A stretch of DNA of 64,000 bases from Stegostoma tigrinum. Lineage: Eukaryota. Below are positions 13,403 through 26,719 of the stretch, piece after piece (within the stretch, counting starts at the first letter, position 1; every line of letters starts with the position of its first letter). The notes beneath the pieces are model-generated. The model had not been told where the DNA came from. It worked only from the letters and a program-made list of their open reading frames with translations, and did no database searches. The position numbers and the translations under genes are program-made. The stretch lies in the NCBI RefSeq assembly GCF_030684315.1, contig NC_081365.1, positions 39,027,830-39,091,829 of the forward strand, read 5' to 3'.

Positions 13403-16182
13403 CTAAGAAAAAAATTGTGGTTATTGCAATAACTAATAATAGCATAAATGAATAACAATTTCTGATTTTTCCAAAAGGATCCATATGCATAATCTTCAAC
13501 CAGTTTTAGAATGTTACAATTTTCAGAACAGCTTTGAACACATATTTAGGACATTTCATATTCTGTGGTCAATAATGTAAGTTTCATTTACTGCAGAGCA
13601 AATAAAAAAAACAAGCACTATTTGATTCCCTTATGCGGGAATTACTGGCTTTGAATTAAATAAAGGTACCAGAGAAGCATGGACGATAACAGACATGAGG
13701 TCATTCAGCCCACTGTTCCTGTGCAGACATTTGGAAAGTGTTGCTTTGCCATAAGCCATATCCCTGCCTTTTCTATCACCCTATTTATCAACCTCAACTA
13801 CTTGTCCTACTGCTACTTGATATGATTTACAGTCAGCATGGCTTTAAGAGGGGCAGATCATGCCTCAAAAGCCTTATTGAATTATTTGAGGATGTGACAG
13901 AACACAACAATGAAGGTAGAGCCATGGATGTGGTGTATATGGATTTTAGCAAACTATTCAATAAAGTTCCACATGGTAAGCTCATTCAGAAAGTAACGGA
14001 GAGTGGCAAAATTGGTATCACTCTCACCTGAATCAGAATGTTGTGGAGTTTTGCCCCAAATCAGACTTTTTTTAAGCAGGACTGATTATTGAATGGACCT
14101 TGGAATTTGTCATAAAACCTCATTCATTTCTCTTGATATCTTTGATGCAATAACTTTGAATTTTCTATCCTTTCTCTTCCAATGAATATGTTTCGTTTGT
14201 AGCTAAGTGATTTTTTTTTTCCTTTTTATGCTCCATGTATACATATACATATAATTAAGTTGATATAAGGTCTAGATGAGCCAAGCTCTTTGTAAACATT
14301 GTCATTTTGATGTTCTTTTTACTCAATGAATGTTATTATGAAAGCAAAATAGACAGCTAAACTCATGTTATGACATGGTTAGAATGCAATAACCTTTTAA
14401 AGTATATAAAAGGTGAGACCTAGAGGACTTGTTAAAAGAATAATGCTACAAGATTCTAGATTTTACACAAACAATAATACTTTACTCTGCAAGATAGAAC
14501 ATTAACACAAAGTACAATACATGCACAAGTTAGTGCCCATATTTAACAGGTGCTAAGCATGGGTAATATACTGTGATGGAACACACTACAGTGCTCATCA
14601 AATGTACAGATCCCATGGACTTCTTAGCATCTCCTCCAACCCACCACTGCCCCACATCCCCAGATATTAATGACATAGTGGGTCTTCAAATCTCTGTCAA
14701 TCCAGCCTTAAACATCCCTCCCAAGAGCCAAATCCAAAAGGCTCCAATTCTAAGTCTGCTCCTGTTCTCATTAATCATTTCTTGTTTGCTTCTCAACTTT
14801 GTAGTCTTAGCGTTACTGCCCTACTTGCAGCACCCTGAATCCTGTGAGCCATCACAGCTTCCAGAATTTTTCCTTAAGCCTTGACTGAAATGCCTCAGCT
14901 GCCTAATAAATCATACAACTTGGTCTGAGTTCTAACACTGCAAGGAAATCCACCTGTTCTTGACTTCTACTCACTATCTCCTCCATGGAACAACCATGAA
15001 ATTCATTTGTCTTCCACACACACTAGATCTAAGTATTAGTTCTTCTGACACGGAATCTACTCTGGCTCTTTATATACCTATCGATCTTCAGTAACTGTAG
15101 TGCTTTGAATTCCTATTCAGTTGACGCAAACGGTTCTGCGTGATTGATTGAAAACCCTGCACCAAGCTCATCTCGAAATGCCAAATTGAATGCTGCCACC
15201 CAGCAACTTTTACAACTATGTGCACTCTGAATATTATATTCCCTACGATCCTGGCTTACTTAATACATAAAAAAAGAAAATTTGTCAAGGATTTCATCAC
15301 AATGTGTTATTTTCTTGAAATTTTAATGAAGTTTATAAATGAGTATCTGTACAATAATGCATTTTCTTTTCACCTGATTCCATGAATACCACTGGCAAAT
15401 GCTCCCTTTTCCCGTACCTGAGGTTTTAAATTCACTTGAACACAGTGTGGAAAAGAATCCGATAGGGAGAATAACCAACCTTTGACAGAGCTATGGATCA
15501 TAAATGAGATAAGCGCCCAATGTGTGATCCTCAAAACTCTGCCTATGTCTCCATGAATTGCCATATAAACCACAATGGCCAAATGCACACACAGGAAAGT
15601 TTCACCAGTTAATACCAGCAGGCAGGTGTCAGTTTAGAATGACAAATTGCGGAAGATCTGAACAATTCTTTGTTTTGCTATACTCTCCAGCTCTGAAAGT
15701 GATGCAGCTCAACAAATTCACTGTGGCCAAGTTTCAACTTCCAATTGTGGTTTCTCATCTGTAAGATAATCAACCAGCAACTGAAAATCAGGGGCATAGT
15801 GTTTTAGACTTCAGTCTCATATTCTACATGCAAAGTTTACCAAATTCAATTTGCAGGCTAATCTTGCAGGACTCTGTTTACAATTTTCAGGAACACATTG
15901 TTGACCTCTGTTCCAACCACAATGAGCCCATTTATTCCATGCAGTGGGTGGTCTAGCTAACTATTCTGAAAGTGAGACAAAGTGATTATACTTAACATTA
16001 ATGCCAAGTTTAGCTATCCAGATGAGAAGCCATTATTATTGTGTTTCTGTAAAATGCTTTGCTAGTTACCATAAGAAATAAAAAGTGTCCTTCCCTTTGC
16101 TGTCATTGGCAATCTTTGTAATAATTAAAGAAATTAAACAAATGATTTCAATTGTAGAAAGACAGCAGAATGGCTGACATAC

Positions 16183-16521
16183 CCCAAACAGACAGCACAA
16201 CTGTTGCATCGCCGAATCCATCGATGATGTTGACGCTGCACTTGTACCTTCCTTCATCCCAAACATTAACATTCTTCAGAGTAAGAGATGCATCTCCTCC
16301 CTTGACCCTGCTACCTCCAAGTGCAGTTCTCTTGGTGTAGTTCCTGTGTTGTTCACTGAAGTCATCCGCATCATTCCTGTATTCATGGACACTTTGTTCT
16401 TCACCTACCTTCTCCCAGATCACTGTCGGGTTACTGTCACCTTTGCCAAAGGTACATTTGAGAGTGACATCTTTGCCAACTGCTGTAACCACATCCTGGT
16501 CACAAATAACATCAAATGCCT
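16183..16521 (-). CDS. B7/butyrophilin-like gene exon 3, IgV domain
   Basis: TTCTTATGCAG acceptor, GTATGT donor, 339 nt, phase 1-1. Peptide GKDVTLKCTF...VIWEK...RTAL...GDASLTLKNVNVWDEGRYKCSV carries the V-set DxGxYxC motif. Confidence 0.92.
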
Positions 16522-16764
16522 CTGCATAAGAAATGAAAATTACACATTTACAAACAAACCTTCCAGTACGTATTAAAATAAACAATATAAACTTCTGCTC
16601 AAATAAATTTTATACCATTTACACAAGAAGTTGTTATGCCCCTAAAATGGTTAGATTGCGATGGGAAAGTCTTCCAAGTTTGTTTTCACTCTTGTTTGAA
16701 GTTATGACATCAGAACAGGAGGAGCTCTAGGGAATTCCCCTGTCTATGTAAACTGCTGTTAAGT

Positions 16765-18245
16765 CCATAAGATCATAAGATATAGGAGCAGATTTAGGCC
16801 ATGAGGCGTATCAAGGCTGTTCCACTGTTTGATCACTGCAGATATCTTTTTGGCCCCATTCTCCTGCCTCCTACTGTGACTCTTGATCCCCTTAATGGTC
16901 AAAACCTAATCCATCTCTATTTTAAAGATATTCAATGACTTGGATTCCACAGCCTTCCAGTGGCAATGAGTTCCACAGACCCACTACCATCTCACTTCTA
17001 GAGTGAGAAATTCCACCACATCTCACTTCTAAACAGTCATACCCTCTTCTACTCGTGGAAACATCTTCTCCACATCCACTCTCTCCAAGCCTTGCAGAAT
17101 TCTGTAAATTTCAATAAGATATCCCCCTTTGTCCTTCTATACTCCATCAACTACAGGTCCAGAGTCCTCAACTATTCCTCACATGATACGCCCTTTATTC
17201 CCCACGATCATTCTTGTCAACCTCCTCTGGGCCCTTTACAATGCCAACACATCCTTCCTGAGATAGAGGTCCCAAAACTGCAATTGTCATGGACCAGGCC
17301 AGATCCCTTCAAAATATTTTAGGAAGGTAGTCTAGACACTAACTTTTTTTTATTTTAAAGGAAGAGGCAAGTGGATGTTCCAGGTGTGACGCAACTGGTC
17401 AAACAACACAGCTTTAACCAAAACACAATTTATTTAATACTACAGCTGAAACACGCACAAAAGAAAGCAGAATTTAGTGTTACTTACCTCTTGGAAAACT
17501 TAACCGACCCATTACAGCGACTTATCTAATTGACTATTCCATTATAATAATATCTCATAAACACACCCCTTGGGAAAAAGGCAAATTCAAACACAGAGCC
17601 TTACAGGCAGGAGGGTGCAACATCCAAAGAGATTTCAGAGAAACTCAATGAGTAATCCTTCACTGTAGCTTGCAACACTTCTCCCACTCAAAACATCTTG
17701 TGACTGCTACATCTAAAAAAAAATTAGAAAAAAACCTGAAGTGGGGAGAACTGGCCACTCTCCTTCCTTTGCTAACCTTTTACTCATTAGATTCTTTGTC
17801 GCCTCTGCCTTTACAACTTCTCTCCAAAAACCAAGGACCTTTTTAAAGTGATAGCATCATCACACAATGCTAACATTGCATTTGCCTTCATAACTGCCAA
17901 CTCAACCTGCATGTTAAGTGAATGTTGAACTCAGACTCCAAAATCCCTTTGTGGTTCAGACTCAGAAGCCTTTCCCCATCTAGAAACTAGTCAACATTTC
18001 TCTTCTACCCATCAAAATGCAGAACCTCACACTTTCTAATACTGTATTCCAACTGCCACTTCTTTGCCACCTCTCCTAGCCTATTCAAGTCCTTCTGCAG
18101 CTTCCCTGTTTCCTCAACATTACCTGCTCCTTCCTCCTACCTTTATGCCTTCTACAAACCTAGCAACAAAGCCCTCAGTTCCTTTATCCAAATTGTTAAT
18201 GTATAACATGAATAGTTGTGATCCCAACACTGACCCCTGTGGAAC
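16765..18245 (-). mobile_element. CR1 3' fragment interrupted by a solo LTR
   Basis: CATAAGATATAGGAGCAG tail at ~16773 and antisense RT C-terminal remnants. Confidence 0.7.
17285..17864. mobile_element. Solo LTR (Gypsy-type by TSD length)
   Basis: Starts with TG (17285) and ends TCACA (17864). Flanked by the 4-bp TSD CAAT (17281-17284 and 17865-17868). Confidence 0.7.
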
Positions 18246-19330
18246 AATTCCCTACATTTATTTTTTCTAAGTATCTCAGCCAGCAGTTCCAGTATCTTCA
18301 TATCTAACTATTAATCTGTTATTTTTAGAGCAATAACATTGGTGTACATTTGACGGACTGAGTAACCTCTTTCGTGGTATCTCTATGATGCTGGTGTTAT
18401 AGCTGAACTTACATTTAGAGACTTTCAGGAAGACCAAAAGTTCACTGGAAAGTCACTTCACAAGTCTGGCTCAGGCAGCCTGTGTGTCGGCTCCTGGTGC
18501 TTTAAGCAGACCTCATTTCCACTCACATTCCATTCAGACCAGAGGTAACAAATAATAACGGCAGGCTATATTACCAGATCCTAACATACATATCTGGAAA
18601 GGAGCCACTAGCTCACAGGGGCTGCTCTTGCCACTTGGCATTTAAAACTGCATTGGTCCAAATACAGGATCAGAGTGGTAAGTTTCCTGCTTCAGTTAAA
18701 CAACGCCTATATCACATGATCATACTCTAGGGTAAAGTGTCAATGCAACCTTGTGACCAGAGCTAAGGCTGACAACCACAGAAAATGATTAACAACTATC
18801 CAGTCCTGTGATATTGAAAGGATCAGAACTGTCATATTCCGTATGTTGCTGGCATCATTTACGAAGCAAACTTGCCAGATTCATGTGAAACCCTGCCACC
18901 ACAACATTCGAAATCTCAGTGCTGGTACTCTACAGCAGAATACAATACCCACGCCGTAAAAGGTCATCAACTTCATGTCAATACTCAACTCAGCAATGTG
19001 TATGATAAATGGTAGCTCTTTATCTACACCCTAGCCCTAGCTTTTTCTCATCATAATCATCAATCCCATGAAATCTAGCTCTGCCTTAAAAATATTTTAG
19101 GACTATGGAACTCTCTGCTTGAAAAGATGGTGAAAGAAAAGCCTGAAGACCTCAGACAGAAAAAAATTGCCCCATGTCAGTTTTAAATGAGTGATGATTA
19201 TAAATAGTGACTGGAATTCTGGATTCTCCCATAAGAGGAATCATTCTTTCCACTCAGACCCTGTCATAACTTGTGTATTCAGCCCATAATCTTCATACAA
19301 CCTCTTTATAAGAGCGACACTTTATAAGAA

Positions 19331-19800
19331 ACACTTAGCCCACTTAATGTTTTTGAGAAGATTTGTAGCTTGGGCTAGGTAACATCATCAGTGTGCCTCT
19401 GGTGAAGCGTTGGTGTTCTGTCCCATCTGTTATGTATATGCATCGGTTTGCTGGGGTGGTTGGTATTAATTCTGGTTTTGTTTCTCAGTGGTTTGTACAC
19501 AGGGTCAAATTCAATGTGTTTGTTGATGGAGTTCCAATTGGAATACCAGGTCTCCAGGAATTTGAGCCAAACAGAGACACGCCAGGGAATTTCTGTACAG
19601 CCTGTACACAAACCACTCAGAAACAAAACTGGAAGTAACACCAACCACCCCAGCAAACCGAGGCGTATAAATAACAATAGGGACAGAACACTGACGCTTC
19701 ACCAGAGGCACACTTGATGATGTTACCTAGCACGGTGATGAAAGGCTTGCAGCCAAACCCAACAGCTCGGTAAGCATGTCCACAATCACATTTAGCCCAC
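19331..19800. mobile_element. Penelope-like element (family A relative), inverted-arm insertion with ORF C-terminus
   Basis: Minus-strand peptide KFLETWYSNWNSINKHIEFDPVYKPLRNKT (PLE GIY-YIG C-terminal region) and inverted arms. Decayed hammerhead CTGATGATGTTACCTAG. The 13-bp direct repeat ACACTTAGCCCAC/ACATTTAGCCCAC lies at 19331-19343 and 19788-19800. Confidence 0.75.
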
Positions 19801-19974
19801 ACTCTTGCTTTTTCTCTATAGCCTCACAAATTTCTTCTCTTCAAATAGTTTTCCATTCCTTTTTCAACAATACAACTGAACGCATCAAAAACTTGGGTAA
19901 ATACTTTCCAAATCTTAACCACTCATTACGTCATAAAGTCCAGTTCTTACGCCAAACACCTTAGATCAGTGTCA

Positions 19975-20180
19975 TTGTGTGGAGCTGGAAGAACACAGCA
20001 GGCTAGGCGGTATCAGAGGAGCAGGAAAGGTGACGTTTTGGGTCGGGACCCTTCTTCGGAAAGGTCCTGACCAGAAACATCAACTTTCCTGTTCCTCTGA
20101 TGCTGCCTAGTCCACTGTGTTCCTCCAGCTCCATACTGTGTTATCTCTGACTCCAGCATCTGCAGTTCTTGCTATCTCTT
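19975..20180. mobile_element. PLE family B fold-back terminus
   Basis: Inverted arms of the GGAGCTGG...AACACAGCAGG / CCAGCATCTGCAGTTC repeat with decayed hammerhead motifs at the centre. Confidence 0.7.
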
Positions 20181-21179
20181 AGATGAGAGTCACCTGCTTT
20201 TCAGCCCTTCTGCTAATGAACTCAGTTTCTGTGGATCTACTCTGCTCAGGCATCTCATGATTAAATAGCTGCTCAAAAATCTGTCTTCATACCTCCCGAG
20301 TAGACCAGCCCCCCGCTTTACCATCAGTTTGTCACCCTGGAACCATTCTGGTAAACCTTTTCTGTATCCTCTCCACACCGTCATAACTTTCCTGACGTGT
20401 AATTCCCCGAATTAGATATAGTACTCCAGTTGAGGTGGAATTGGTGATTTATAAAAGTTTCTTGTGGAATCTTTCTTTTCTAGTCAATACATTGGCAAAT
20501 ATTTGAAACACCTATTAGTGACTTTCTCAGCTCTCGTGCTATCTCAAACAATTTGCACCCTCTCCCCCTGAAATGTATCCTTTGGAAATGTATCCTTTAT
20601 TTTATACTTCCTTTTCTCATGTTCAGACCATAATGTATAATTCCATATCTCCCAACAGTAAATTCATCTGTCACATGTCAGTCTAATCTACCAGCTTGTC
20701 TATGCTTTCTGCAGGTTTATCATTGCCCTCTTCACAGTTCACTATTATATATTTTGAATAATATGCAAAATTTAAAATAGTGTCCTACACACACGAATTT
20801 AGCTAGCGAGTTTTGAGAAGATTTGTAGCTCAGGTTGAGGTTCTGGATGTGAGTTTGCTCGCTGAGCTGGAAGGTTAGTTTTCAGACATTTCGTCACTTT
20901 TTTTTAATATTGAAAAAATATACTTTATTCATAGAATGTACAAAAAATAAAACATTTATACGCCTACCCAGTCATGCAAGCCACTCCGGGTTACCCGGGG
21001 CTACATACACCAACTAAAGGAAAAAAAAAACAAAACAGAGAAAAAAAAACAAAGCAAAGAAACCGCCCCGGCAGTCGTCACCCCGCACAGTCCCATTTGG
21101 CCCCCTGACCAGTTGGGGAAGGCACCAGCTGGGCCCAGTTACCAGATAGGGCCCTTTTTTCTATTCTGGACGAGGGGTT

Positions 21180-24100
21180 TCATACCGTGGTCTTTCCCCA
21201 CCACACCTTGGCGGTGGCTGCCCCAAGCTTCAGCGCGTCCCTCAGCACGTAGTCCTGGACCTTGGAGTGCGCCAGTCTGCAACACTCGGTCGGGGTCAGT
21301 TCTTTCAGCTGGCAGACCAGCAAGTTGCGGGCAGACCAAAGAGCGTCTTTCACCGCATTGATGGTCCTCCAGGTGCAGTTGATGTTGGTCTCGGTGTGCG
21401 TCCCGGGAAACAGCCCGTAGAGCACGGAGTCCCGCGTCACGGAGCTGCTCGGGACGAACCTCGACAAACACCACTGCATCCCCTTCCAGACCTCCTGCGC
21501 ATAGGCACACTCCAGAAGGAGGTGATCGACAGTCTCGTCCCCCCCGCAGCCACCTCGAGGGCAGCGTGCGGTGGTGCAGAGATTCCGGGCATGCATAAAG
21601 GATCTCACTGGCAGAGCCCCTCTCACCGCCAGCCAAGCAATGTCCTTGTGCTTGTTTGAAAGTTCTGGAGATGAGGCATTCTGCCAAACGACTTTGGCAG
21701 TCTGCGTGGGGAACCACACGACGGGATCCACCCTCTCCTTTTCCTGAAGGGTCTTAAGGATATTACGTGCTGACCACTGCCTGACAGCCTTGTGGTCAAA
21801 GGTGTTTCCTTTCAAAATTTCTCCACGAAGGACAGGTTGTACGGGACGGACCAAATACTCGGAGCGTTCCACGACAACAAGACCAGGCCCATCCTTCGCA
21901 ACACCGGGGACAGGTAGAACCTCAGTAAGTAGTGACACTTGGTGTTTGCGTACAGAGGATCTACGCACAGCTTGATGCAGCCACACACAAAGGTAGCCGT
22001 CAGGGCGAGGGTGGCGTTCGATACGCCCTTTCCCCCATTTCCCAGGTCTTTGTACATGGTGTCTCTGCGGACCCGGTCCATCCTCGACCCCCAAATGAAG
22101 TGGACGATGGCCCGGGTGACCGCAGTGGCGCAGGTCCAGGTAATAGGCCAGGCCTGCGCCACATACAACAGTACCAAAAGCCCCTCGCACCTGACAACCA
22201 GGTTCTTACCCGCGATGGAGAGGGACCGGAGCGTCCACCTGCCCAGCTTCTGCTTCAATTTGGAGATACGCTCCTCCCAAGTCTTAGTGCATGCCCCAGC
22301 TCCACCAAACCAAACATCCAGCACCTTCAGGTAGTCTGTCCTGACAGTGAAGGGGATGAAGGAGCGGTCGTCCCAGTTCCCGAAGAACATGACCTCGCTC
22401 TTACCCCTATTGACTTTGGCACCCGAGGCCAGTTCAAACTGGCCGCAGATGTCCAACAGCCTACTCACCGACCGACGATCGGTGCTGAAGACGGCGACAT
22501 CATCCATGTACAGGGAGGTCTTGACCTGAAGGCCTCCGCTGCCTGGGATAGTCACGCCCTTCAGGCTCACGTCCTTCCTGATGGAGGCGGCGAAGGGCTC
22601 CACACAGCACACGAACAAGGCAGGAGAAAGCGGGCAGCCCTGCCTAACTCCAGATCTAACAGGAAAACTGTCTGATTCCCACCCGTTGATCGAGACTGCG
22701 CTAACGATGTTGGCGTAGAGCAGCCGGATCCAATTGCGGATGCCCTCCCCGAACCCCAATTTGGAGAGGACCTCCCTCATGTAAGCATGAGAGACCCTGT
22801 CGAAGGCCTTCTCCTGGTCCAGGCTGACGAGGCAGGTGTCCACCCGCCTGTCCTGTACGTAGGCGATCGTATCCCTGATGAGCGCAAGGCTCTCAGCGAT
22901 CTTCCTGCCCGGCACAGCACAGGTTTGGTCAGGGTGAATCACCGACTCCAGGACAGACCTGACCCGGTTGGCAATGACCTTGGCCAGGATTTTGTAGTCC
23001 ACGTTCAAAAGTGAAATGGGACGCCAATTCTTAATTTCTTCCCTCTCCCCCTTCCTCTTGTAAATGAGGGTGATGATGCCCTTCCTCATGGACTTGCACA
23101 TTTCCCCTGCCCAAAGCGCACTATCGTACACCTCCAGCAGGTCCTGGCCGACCAGGCCCCACAGAGCAGAATACAGCTCGACCGGTAAGCCATCACTTCC
23201 GGGAGTCCTATTCCTCTGCAAGGACATGAGGGCTCTGGCCAGCTCGTCCAGGGATATCGGCCGGTCCAGCCACTCCCTCGTGCCGTCGTCTAAGACCTCC
23301 GTGATAGACGACAGGAACGACTCGGAGGCCATGCTGTCCGTGGGCTTCGTGTCGTACAGTCCGGCATAGAAGTTCTGATGATCCTCAAAACGTCGGGCCG
23401 AGACGACGTCACCGAGCCGTCGTCCTCCTTCAGCCGGCTAAGCACAGAGCACTCTTTGTGCACCTTCTGAAAGAAGAAACGCAAGCACGTCTCGTCCTGC
23501 TCCATGGAGCGGACCCTGGACCGGAAGATTATCCTGGAGGCCTCCGCGGCGAAGAGCGAGGCTAGCTGGCCCCTCACCTCGCGGAGGTCCTCCGTGACAT
23601 CAACCCCCATCAACTGCAGAAGGAGCAGGTTCTGCACCCTTTTCTGGAGTCGCGACAGCTTTCCCCGCCTCTCTCTTGCCTTCTGAACACCCTTGAGGAC
23701 AAAGAACCTCTTGATGTTCTCCTTCACCGTCTCCCACCAGTCGCCTGGAGACTCAAAGAGGGGTTTCACGGTTCTCCAACCGGTGTACTCCGTCTTAAGC
23801 TCCTCGACGTTCTCTGGGGTCAACAGAGTCGTGTTGAGCTTCCACGTCCCCTTGCCGGCCGGCTGGTCGTCCTGTAAGTGACAGTCGGCCAACAGGAGGC
23901 AGTGGTCAGAGAAGAACACCGGCTCGACACCAGTGGATCTGACCGAGAACGTCCGTGACACAAACAGGAAGTCTATCCTTGAGCGAATAGACCCGTCTGG
24001 CCGCGACCAGGTGTACCTCTGCTGCGCTCCGTCTGCAGGGGTGCTGAAGACGTCGAGCAGCTTGGCGTCCTTCACCGTGCCCATCAGGAATCTGGATGTG

Positions 24101-24599
24101 ACGTCCAGTTGAATCCCCCCACCCGCTGTCCCCACGCCGGATCTTCCATCTGCATCAATGATGTAGTTGAAGTCTCCGCCTAGGATGACCGGCCTGGACG
24201 TAGCCAGCAGGGGGGGAAGCCGCTGCAGGACGTCCAACCGCTCACTCCGTACCACTGGGGCGTACACGTTGATCAGCCTCAGGGGAGCATTCCTGTAGGT
24301 GATGTCAGCCACTAGGAGGCGCCCCCCCCCACCACCTCCTGAACTTGAGAGATGGTGAAGTTGTGCCCCCGCAGCAGAATAGCCAGGCCCAAGGAGCGAC
24401 AGTCGTTACCCCCCGACCAGATCGAAGGCCCACAGGTCCAGGCGCCGGACCATTTCCCGTACCTGCCGAGGTGCGGTATCCCGCACTCCTGCAGAAACAG
24501 GAGGTCCGCCTTGATGGTGGTCAGGTAGGCCAACGTGGACACACATCTCGCGGTTGACTTGACGCTGCGCACATTAATGCTCGCAATTCGTACCCCCAT
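21180..24599 (-). pseudogene. Tx1 copy L ORF2 (APE endonuclease, RT YMDD, C-terminal CCHC), frameshifted
   Basis: Split among ORFs 24312-24635, 23290-24312, 21812-23332 and 21180-22190. Motifs GGDFN, SRIDFL, FSDH, GVRQGCPLSP, YMDD and CPRGGCGGDETVDHLLLEC. Confidence 0.9.
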
Positions 24600-26037
24600 T
24601 GTGGGCAGTGACCGCAGTACCCTCCCCAAGTCCAAGGTCCAGCCCCTCCATCTGTCCCTTCATGCCCATTGCCCGGGCTAACTGCTAGACGCTTTCTGGG
24701 CTCAGGAAACCGTCTGTGCTGCCTTCCGGGTGGCATCCCCCCGCCAGGGGTGCGGAGGCAGGAGGGTCCGGCTCCGGATCAGGCTGGGGACGTGCTGTTT
24801 CCTCCTTCCCGCCTGGACGTTCCGGGGGGCCCTCCAGTGCTCCAGCGGCACTTGACTGGGTGTCGGAGTGAGCCTCAGGACGCCTCCCGTCACCTGGAAG
24901 CGGGGTGCTGCTTTCCTTCCCCCTCGAGACCTTTAACTTCTGCTTCGGTTGGGCCCTCTCCGAATCCTCCTCGTCAGAGGAGCTCTTATAGCCCCCCTGT
25001 AGCTGCCTCTTCCCTCCTGATTGTTGTGGTTCCTGGGCCCGTCGACGCACCTTCCTCCTCGCTTTCCGGACTGTAGTCCACTCCCCTGGGTTGCCTGTCG
25101 CCGCCTCCATTGGCTCCGGGTTGTCGGGGGGGATCGGAGCCTGCAGGGGTGCTTTGCTGGCCTCGGGCCCATCCTGCAGGGCTGGGCCCTCCTGCACGGC
25201 CTGGCCCTCCTGCACATTAGTGGGGTCCTTGCTGGGCCCTGGTGCCTTCCTCTCCTCCGGGGGGGCTGGCCCCGCATTTCCCCTGCCGGCGACCTGGGCG
25301 TAGGTGGTACCCCGCCGCGGGCATGCCCTATAGAAGTGGCCCGCTTCCCCGCAAAGGTTGCAGCTTCTCTCTCGTGGGCAATCCTTTGCCAGGTGTCCCT
25401 CCTCCCTGCAGTTCCTGCAGATGGTGACTTTGCAGTCGGCCGCCATGTGACCTGACCTACCACAGGCATGGCAGACTTTAGGTTGCCCTGCATAGGTCAG
25501 GTAGCCCCTGCTCCCGCCGATCGCGAAGCTGGACGGTGGGTGTGCGACATTCCCGTCTGCGCCCATCCTCAGCGTCACCTTGACCTGCCTCTTACTCATC
25601 CAGATGCCAAAGGGGTCCACGATGTCAGTTAGGTCCCCTTCCACCTTCACATACCTTCCGAGGAAGGTCAGGACATCAACTGCTGGCACATGCGGGTTGT
25701 ACATGTGTACAGTCACCATACGGCTCCTCTGTGCTGGCATCACAAACAGTGGGACAGCGGTCAATACAGAGAGGGGGCCCTCACCTCCTTTCTCCTTGAA
25801 AACCTCCAGGAAGCGCTCGCAAAGCTTGGCACTCCGGAAGGTCACATCGTAAAAACCCCCTCTGGGGAAATCCTGCAGGCGGTAAATGTCCGCAGCAGCA
25901 AACCCGCAACAGTCCAACAGGACCCTCTTCACGAAGAAGGTGCGGTCCACAGGTGCACCTTCATCCACCTTCTTTACAGAAACACGGATGGTGTTCCGGA
26001 CCCCCTGACCTGGGGCACGAGCACTTGCCGCAGCCAT
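24574..26037 (-). pseudogene. Tx1 copy L ORF1 (nucleic-acid binding, 3x CCHC; ZCCHC3-like)
   Basis: ATG at 26037. Knuckles CHACGRSGHMAADC, CRNCREEGHLAKDC and CNLCGEAGHFYRAC. CAG>TAG stop at 24685; the ancestral TAA is at 24574. Confidence 0.85.
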
Positions 26038-26236
26038 CGTTGCAGGTTGGCTGCTCCCCTGAACCAGCGTTAGGCCGAAGCCAGCATTAAGATCCACTGG
26101 TCGCGAGGGTGCACAGCCAACCCGACGTCCTCCTTTCACCTCCAACACAGCACTCTCGTCCTCTCGGTCCACAAGAGAGTGGGTCTTTATTGTGTTTGAG
26201 ATGTAAGCTGGTTCACTGAGCTGTAAGGTTTGTCCC

Positions 26237-26520
26237 CAGATGTTTCGTCACCATTCCAGGTAACATCAACAGTGAGCCTCCAACAAAGCGCTGGTGTTAT
26301 GTCCCGCTTTCTATTTATCTGGTTAGGTTTGCTTGGGTTGGTGATGTCATTTCCTGTTCTTTTTCTCAGAGGAAAAGAACAGGAAATGACATCACCAACA
26401 CAGGAAATGACATCACCAACCCAAGGAAACCTAACCAGATAAATAGAAAGCTGGACATAACACCAGTACTTTGTCGGAGGCTCACTGTTGATGTTACCTA
26501 GAATGGTGATGAAACGTCTG
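26237..26520. mobile_element. Central fold-back of PLE family A pLTR (ORF C-terminus plus two hammerhead motifs, both with core CTGTTGA)
   Basis: Near-identical to the empty element at 43433-43712. Encodes PLRKRTGNDITNPSKPNQINRKRD, homologous to the PLE C-terminus at 19375-19717. A 21-nt tandem duplication lies at 26380-26420. Confidence 0.85.
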
Positions 26521-26719
26521 GGAACAAACCGGCAAGCTCAGTGAACCAGCTTACATCTCGAACACAATAAAGACCCACTCTCTTGTGGACTGAGAGGAGG
26601 AGAGTGCAGTCTTGGAGGTGAAAGGAGGACGTCGGGTTGGCTGTGCACCCTTGCGACCAGTGGATCTTAATGCTGGCTTCGGCCTAACGCTGGTTCAGGG
26701 GAGCAGCCAACCTGCAACG

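Larger units (their letters stand above)
20898..26236 (-). mobile_element. Full-length Tx1-clade non-LTR retrotransposon, copy L
   Basis: ORF1 with three CCHC knuckles, ORF2 with APE-RT-CCHC, AATAAA (20929-20924) and an A8 tail (20898-20905). Premature stop in ORF1 and at least three frameshifts in ORF2. Confidence 0.92.

Noticed and set aside
14366-15301. Solo LTR (TG...CA) shared with the duplicate at ~40001-40889
   Set aside because: Plausible, but no TSD could be identified, so it is not called.
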